Origin: the human T2T-CHM13v2.0 reference genome, Homo sapiens
Direction: 5' to 3' (one strand)
Length of the DNA: 64,000 bases
NCBI RefSeq assembly: GCF_009914755.1
Contig: NC_060936.1
This document shows, in pieces, positions 61,158 to 64,000 of the stretch. The notes beneath the pieces were generated by a model that was not told where the DNA came from, did no database searches, and saw only the letters and a program-made list of their open reading frames with translations. The translations under genes were made by a program, and so were the position numbers. Positions within the stretch are counted from its first letter, which is position 1, and each line of letters opens with the position of its first letter.

Positions 61158-61470
61158 GGCTGGGTGCGGTGGTTCACACCTGTAATCCCAACATTTTGGG
61201 AGGCTGAGGCAGGTGGATCACCTGAGGTCCGCAGTTTGAGACCATCTTGGCCAACATGGTGAAACCCCGTCTCTATCAAAAAAATACAAAAATTACCCAG
61301 GCGTGGTGTGCACACCTGTAGGCCCAGCTGCTCAGGAGGCTGAGGTGGGAGAATCACTTGAGAAGACTAGAGATTATCTACTTGAACCCGGGAAGCAGAG
61401 GTTTCAGTGAGCCGAGATGGCACTACTGCATTCCAGCCTGGGAGACAAAGTGAGACTCCATCAAAAAAAA
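61158..61470 (+). mobile_element. AluS-like
   Basis: Alu consensus with an internal insertion. Confidence 0.88.
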
Positions 61471-61739
61471 GAAATGAACAGAGGTGAGCACAATGGAACC
61501 CCAAAATAAGGAGAAAAAACAAAACATGATTCCAGAGCCTTTGGGAATTGAAGTCATTTTAGATCTGCTGTCTTAACAGGAAATACAAGTGGACAGCTAG
61601 GAAGTAAAGAATATGCTTCTATTAAACTGTTGATAAAAAGCAGATGACAGAATATAAAGAACTAGGGACATGGTTTAAATCTCCTTGTCTCTATGACATA
61701 CAGGATATCTCAATTAGATAATGATTTCTTTTCATTTCC

Positions 61740-62930
61740 TGAAGAACAAAGGGGCTGAATAAAGTAAATGTATTTGTTGGTTATCGGAAAGAATAAAGAA
61801 GCCTGCTTCCAAATGCATTTCCCAGTGAATCCGATTCCGGTCCTTGGTAAACTCTTTGAAGAAAATGTCTATGAGCACATGAAGAAATGCAACCAGTAAA
61901 ATAACATGAATTCTTGAGAGCAATTCAAGATAATGATGGGATTACATTTTCTTCATTGCCGGGATTTTGTCCTAAAAATTATTGATGGTTATATATTGGT
62001 GGAGAAACTGTAAGTGATTTTTACAAGTTTTATGCTTATGTTTGTATCATCAAAAGTTTCTACAATGAACATGTATTACTATTGGAATAAAAAAAATCCC
62101 CTTCCTCTCCTCTTCTACCAAAAAGAAAAATTCTGATAGGACAACATCTAAAACTTTGGTTTATTTGATCTTTTGTGGCAGAAATTTGAAAAATGTGATC
62201 CTGTCATTCAAATGACTACCAAGATGATCTCTGAGAAATTAGGCTATTCGGAAGAGCATCAAATCCAGGCTCTTAAAAGTGGAAATCGGAGGACATAGTT
62301 CCAGGGATAGCAGGGGCTTTCATAACCCCTTCCGCCTGGGCAGAGGTGAACTTTGTGGTAGTGTTGCTATTATTTGACAGTAAGTAAGCAAGCATGGTTA
62401 GGAGATTTTTATTTTAGTGACTTAGTCATCACCAAGTTCTTGATCAAAAAAACAGAAACTAAATCAGCTGGCTCAGAGTTTTTGAAAGCAAGTTTATTTT
62501 TAAGGACACCAGAACCATGAAAACATGATTCAGTCCAGCCTGTGGGAGCTGCAGATGGGAACTGGTGAGCTGTTGGGTTGGGGTCCACGCTTCATAAGTC
62601 CTGGCAGATTCATGGCCTCTTTCCTTTGCTCTTTTCTTAATATCTGCCCCATTCTCATCTCAGCAGACCAGATCCCTTCACTTATTCAAAATTTCTGCTC
62701 TCTTGTGATTTTGCCCTGCACGTGGCTTTTACTAGGCCATAAAACTGCCCCCAGGCATGATGCTACATGACAGATAGGCTTCTGGCAGCTAGCACAAACT
62801 TTCAGAGAGCCAGTTCCACATTGAAAAGAAAAGATGTTGATTGTCTCAGCGTGGGTGAGGTGTACATCCCTGTGTAGATCTGCCATGGCAGAGAGACTAG
62901 GATACATTTTATCAATGACCACTTTGGCTC
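61740..62930 (+). pseudogene. Crystallin domain remnants
   Basis: FLRAIQ..ITFSSLPGF; DPVIQM..QIQALK[fs]VEIGG..GFHNPFRLGRGE; ADQIPSL..FCSLVILPCTWLL; IVSAWVRC..GYIL. Confidence 0.65.
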
Positions 62931-64000
62931 AGCCCTTCAACAAAGGTTTACTGGGGCTAAGTTCCAGAGAAGGGGACTTTGTGCCAAGTATCCAAAATAT
63001 ATTTATTACCTTTGAATAAGCATCTTTGGATGAATCTGCACTCCTCCTCCCTGTGCACAGTCTCATTCCTACAGCAGCCTGCCCCTTCCTGGCTGAAACA
63101 GAAAGCAGCTAACTCATACTAAAGTACTTATGAACAACCAAGTGACTTTAGAGCAAATAATTCATCTTCTCAGGGATTGACTACATTTAATTTTCTCTAA
63201 AAAGACAGAATTTTGATTGTTATTTAGTACTACCTTCTAGTATAGAAAATGTTTTCTACTATAACTTTGTAACCGCCAAAACCAAAGGTTGAAGATCACC
63301 TCTCCAGGGCTATTTGCATTTTTAAAGCGAATTCTAAATAATAATGATAGTTAACATTAATTCAGTGTTTATTATATGTCAGACACTCTTCTAAGAACTT
63401 AACACATAATAATTTCTTTAATTCTTACAACAACCCAAGCAACAGAGTGTGTTAATTAGGATAATATAAACTGTGGTAACAAATAAATACTGAAAATATA
63501 TACCTTAAACAAAATCAAAGTTTACTTCTTGCTTACATCACAGGCCAGGATGGGTGTTCCTCCATCTGGGTCCGTGGGTGGCTTTCCTCCATTTGGAGAT
63601 TCAGGAATCGAAGTTTTTTTTGTTTTTCCTGTGACTCTGCCATCTCCTAAACCTCACTTTCACCTGATGTCAGCCAGGGAAGGAAAACGAAAGTGTGGAG
63701 AAGTTACCCACATCTTAAAGAGCCTGGCCTAGAAGTAACACACTTCAAGTCCACTCTGTTAGTGAGAACTAGTCTCCGGGCACCAGCTGGATGCAAGGGA
63801 GTGAGAAATGTACTCTCTGATGGGCAGCCAGTTCTCAGAAAAATTAGTTTTTTATCAATCTGGATTTGCACATTCTTTTCACATTTTAACATCTCTTCAA
63901 TAGGAATGTATTGTTCAATCAATGGCAAGTTTATTATTCAAGGTAAACTCAGATTTGGTTGGCAGCATTTTTCCTTTTTGGTAGTACATACACAGCGTGT

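Overview
Primate (human-like) genomic DNA with no intact protein-coding gene. About two thirds is interspersed repeat: many Alus, old L1 fragments, L2/MIR, MaLR and ERV LTRs including a solo LTR12, and MER DNA transposons. It also holds a U7 snRNA retrocopy, a tailless 5S rRNA fragment and an unidentified retroposed insert. The main finding is in the unique sequence between the repeats. Read on the + strand through stops and small frameshifts, these islands repeatedly encode decayed beta/gamma-crystallin Greek-key motifs (I-x-L-[FY]-x4-F-x-G, S-x-x-V-x-x-G-x-W-x-x-Y-[EQ], [FY]-I-L-x-x-G), from the left edge to about 63 kb. Several islands are paralogous to each other. I interpret this as the fossil of a very large, intron-poor gene encoding a long tandem array of divergent betagamma-crystallin domains, later fragmented by TE insertions. 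This rests on manual translation and recalled family motifs and needs HMM/tBLASTn confirmation. Repeat boundaries and subfamilies are by-eye estimates.
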